DNA of 64,000 nucleotides from Gemmatimonadota bacterium (GTDB lineage Bacteria; Gemmatimonadota; Gemmatimonadetes; Gemmatimonadales; GWC2-71-9). Below, piece after piece: positions 61,398 to 64,000 of the stretch. A program made the position numbers and the translations under genes. The notes under the pieces were generated by a model. That model did no database searches, was not told where the DNA came from, and saw only the letters and a program-made list of their open reading frames with translations. Position 1 is the stretch's first letter. Each line of letters opens with the position of its first letter. The stretch is from assembly GCA_036679605.1 (NCBI GenBank), contig JAZDCZ010000398.1, forward strand, positions 32,001 to 96,000. The letters are read 5' to 3'.

Positions 61398-61942
61398 TCG
61401 TTACTTCTAGTAGTTGAGATCTGAGTCAAGCAGTTGTCCCCGTAGGTGGCCAGGCGTCGGCGGTTGCGTCAGGATGGGCTTTGTTGTAGCCGCTGACGGT
61501 TTCGTCGATCCCCATCGTCGCTTGCCGGCGCACGAGCGCTTCGATCCGTCATTCCTGATGGCCAGTGTGCCCTGACAGGAGTTCCTATTTGCTTGCACGC
61601 CGGCGCTACGCAAGGCGTGCGAGGAGGCCGTCTGTGGTGCGGACAAGGCGACGACAGGCCCTCCGATGACGCCGTGAGGGAGATCGGTCGAGAGTGTCCT
61701 CGCCAGGCTCGAGGAGAATCCTATGTTGGCGAGGCGGTCTTGAAAGGGCGAGGGATTTCGTGCGGCGCCAGTGCTGCCGTGCGGCAACACCTGGACGACC
61801 CGCGCGCCAAGCGCGAATGTCCGAAAACGCTAGAGCCGACTCTGCCGCGCCTTGGAGCGCAATGACGCGATACAGTGGTCGACCACGGAATGCTGATCGG
61901 CGGCGGAGTGCCTAGTTGAACATCCTGCCCCATAGAACATTG

Positions 61943-62204
61943 TCAAACTCGGCACGAACGGCAGTACACGACGCCGCATTCAACGGCCAAGGGCTCAGAA
62001 GATCAGGAACTCCTACGATGCATTTGGGCGGCTGGTTAAACGGGATGTTTCTGATACTATCAGCTATTATTGGTGGGACGGCGGGAATCTCTTTGCCGAG
62101 CTGGACGCTACGGGGCAGAAGAAGGCCGAGTACTCTTATTATCCTGGCTTGGACAACCTGCATGCTCTGGTCGACCAGGACGACAAGGTGTATTTTGCCC
62201 ACAG
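61943..62204 (+). pseudogene. Mosaic of collinear Rhs core fragments (orphan module 3, 5' part)
   Basis: 61943-62 matches 55256-75; 61962-91 matches 56164-93; 61992-62204 matches about 56665-876. Confidence 0.85.
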
Positions 62205-62330
62205 GGCCGCGGATAATAACGCGGATGTACGCGGATGCGGTGAATGCTCTCGATCACCTAAGCGCGAGCTCCGGGTTTTCGATGCGCGAGAGCACCGATC
62301 CGCGTTCATCCGCGCAACAGATCCGCGGCT
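62205..62330. repeat. 126-bp imperfect palindrome (REP/MITE-like) interrupting the Rhs core
   Basis: 3x CGCGGAT on the left arm, 3x ATCCGCG on the right arm; inner TGCTCTCG/CGAGAGCA. Confidence 0.8.
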
Positions 62331-62333
62331 TGG

Positions 62334-63026
62334 ATGGGCCCGGAGGTGGATCTCTACTACATGAGGAATAGGTGGTACGAGGTGCACAGCGGGCGATTCT
62401 TGAGCGAGGACCCGATAGGACTGGGTGGTGGTATCAACGTCTACGCGTTTGCGGGTGGGAATCCGGTGTCGGGGAGAGATCCTAGTGGGCTCACTCCTTG
62501 CGATCCTCCGGTTATCGCGCACCAGCTCGACGCCAGTGGTAACTGTGAGCTCGTTATAATTGAGCTTGATCCTGTTATCCTTGATCCGGTGGTGGTGACC
62601 GGACTTAGGGGAGGGAGCGGAGGCTTTCCGTACACTGGCGTCCCGTTCGGGCGGAACCCAATCACGTCAAGCTTTGGCCCACGGGTACTAGACGGTGTAA
62701 GTGGTCACCACAATGGCATCGATATTCGAGGAGACAAGGGAACGCCCACAAGGGTAGTTTGCGAAGGAACGGTTACTTTCGCCGGTCCTGGAGCACCACG
62801 CGAGGGGATCAAGGTCACCATTTACCAAAATGGCTATTCTCAGTTCTACGTGCATTTGCATCGAGTTGCTGACGGAATCGAGGTTGGGTCCAGACTATCT
62901 CGTGGCCAAGTGATGGGCTATTCCGGTAAGACTGGTAACGCTACCGCCCCAAGCCTCCACTTTGGAGCGTACGGTCCAACTGGGTTCATAGACCCATTAG
63001 CCGGGGTACAATTTTGTGGTAACTAG
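62334..63026 (+). CDS. Orphan Rhs core end + M23/LytM peptidase tip
   Basis: YYMRNRWY...DPSGL; ITSSFGPR, HNGID, YVHL, SGKTG..T.PSLHF. Confidence 0.88.
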   Translation: MGPEVDLYYMRNRWYEVHSGRFLSEDPIGLGGGINVYAFAGGNPVSGRDPSGLTPCDPPVIAHQLDASGNCELVIIELDPVILDPVVVTGLRGGSGGFPYTGVPFGRNPITSSFGPRVLDGVSGHHNGIDIRGDKGTPTRVVCEGTVTFAGPGAPREGIKVTIYQNGYSQFYVHLHRVADGIEVGSRLSRGQVMGYSGKTGNATAPSLHFGAYGPTGFIDPLAGVQFCGN

Positions 63027-63110
63027 CATCGAGATTTGAGTTCGATCATGTGACCTCGGTTCCAATGTCGCGTTTTCTGTGTCGGTAAGTATGTAATGGA
63101 GGTTATCGTC

Positions 63111-63821
63111 ATGAGTGCACTGCTCAGACAAATCGACTCACCCGGATCTCCGAGTATCGGGTTGCCGTCGTCGATAGCAAGCACGGCTGGAGTTGCGGTG
63201 TTGGTAGCCGTCATGGTGGGCTGCGCTAATGATGCCGCGGCTGGCCAAGCCACCCGAACCAAACCTTGGCGATCCCTCGGTCAGGTAACAATCCAGCTGG
63301 GTGACTGTAGTTCTATTCCCCCAACTGGTTCCTGTCAAATCTTCTACGGACAGAGCATCGAGATAGTCAGAGGCGTGAAATCCGATACGATCGGCCCGAT
63401 CTCAACAGTGCTAGGACCATGGGTACTCATGGATTCGACCTTGGTGCTCCCGTGGCTCGTGGAAGCGGATGGTTCATTGCAAGTCGAGCTGCGCGTCTAC
63501 CATAGGGATTCGGGTGAGATCACAGCCGTAAGTATGCCGAATGATTATGATCCTGCGTTTACGGGTGGACACTTGTTTCCGCCACGCGGACTCATGGCGT
63601 ATCGAGTCGCGCTGCCTGAAGAAGATGGCAGTCGTATTGTTGTGCGTACGTGGGGTGATTGGCGACTAGTAACGGAGGGGCCGCTCGTTAAAGGCTGTAC
63701 CGACACAGGCCTGGAGTACCATTGGTCTGTCAACGGACAGTATATTGTATGGTATCCGCCGCCATGTGAAGATGGTATTCCGGAACGGGACTCGGTCTAC
63801 GTCAAGAGCCCTAAGAGGTAG
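63111..63821 (+). CDS. Putative lipoprotein immunity protein 3
   Basis: GGAGG RBS; hydrophobic stretch ending MVG-C; follows the M23 tip. Confidence 0.6.
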   Translation: MSALLRQIDSPGSPSIGLPSSIASTAGVAVLVAVMVGCANDAAAGQATRTKPWRSLGQVTIQLGDCSSIPPTGSCQIFYGQSIEIVRGVKSDTIGPISTVLGPWVLMDSTLVLPWLVEADGSLQVELRVYHRDSGEITAVSMPNDYDPAFTGGHLFPPRGLMAYRVALPEEDGSRIVVRTWGDWRLVTEGPLVKGCTDTGLEYHWSVNGQYIVWYPPPCEDGIPERDSVYVKSPKR

Positions 63822-64000
63822 GAGCGAGTTCACTTAGAAGTGCAGCTGCCAAGCCCCTTTGGATGTGCATATCAGTCTTGTCTTGCACATCAATCCGTCG
63901 CGGGATGGTCGATGCCGTTAGTTCTTCCCTCGGCGTCAACAACGTCCTTAAATGGTCGGAAGAACTGACCTAGGCTAACGTCCAGGGCTGTCAAGATCGC

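Noticed and set aside
61398..61942. ORFs between immunity 2 and module 3 (61407..61790, 61593..61865)
   Set aside because: No recognisable domain or consistent frame; may be a decayed mobile-element remnant but cannot be assigned.
55700..62480. Near-identical Rhs copies as a diversity-generating retroelement TR/VR pair
   Set aside because: Mismatches are mostly synonymous and not adenine-specific; no reverse transcriptase in the window.
387..63733. Many antisense or alternate-frame ORFs (e.g. 56110..57417, 37238..38107, 33434..34231)
   Set aside because: Shadows of well-supported genes in GC-rich DNA; no motifs.
1..64000. tRNA, rRNA, integrase or T6SS structural genes
   Set aside because: None recognised by eye in this window.

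Overview
This 64 kb bacterial window is most likely from a Gemmatimonadota genome, inferred from the style of its Ser/Thr kinase-TPR and carboxypeptidase-regulatory/plug proteins. It has three zones. (1) 1-22.4 kb is accessory and metabolic: an M14 peptidase, a kinase-TPR protein, a GNAT + NTT/HEAT/cNMP transporter + stand-alone cNMP protein + guanidinoacetate-methyltransferase-like cluster, MscS, an SDR, and an OSBS/NSAR + GNAT pair. (2) 22.4-51.1 kb is core: tyrA-aroA-cmk-rpsA, acyl-CoA carboxylase genes, rplM-rpsI-rpsB-tsf-pyrH-frr-cdsA-dxr-rseP, rpsO-pnp, M16, ald, mreBCD-mrdA-rodA. (3) 51.1-64 kb is an island: a mosaic junction (Rhs scrap, IS3-like end, asnS scrap), an MNT-HEPN toxin-antitoxin pair, and a polymorphic Rhs toxin locus. 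The Rhs locus is the best candidate for an undescribed system. It has a sigma54/IHF/UAS-type promoter, a secreted stand-alone copy of the Rhs N-terminal Ig domain, a Sec-signal Rhs with no PAAR, three tips that are Zn-peptidase-like in three unrelated folds (JAB, HExxGH, M23), each followed by a lipoprotein immunity candidate, and TonB-box-like motifs plus Gly-rich linkers after the autocleavage site in two tips. No rRNA, tRNA or CRISPR array was seen. All calls come from motif recognition by eye; no searches were run.
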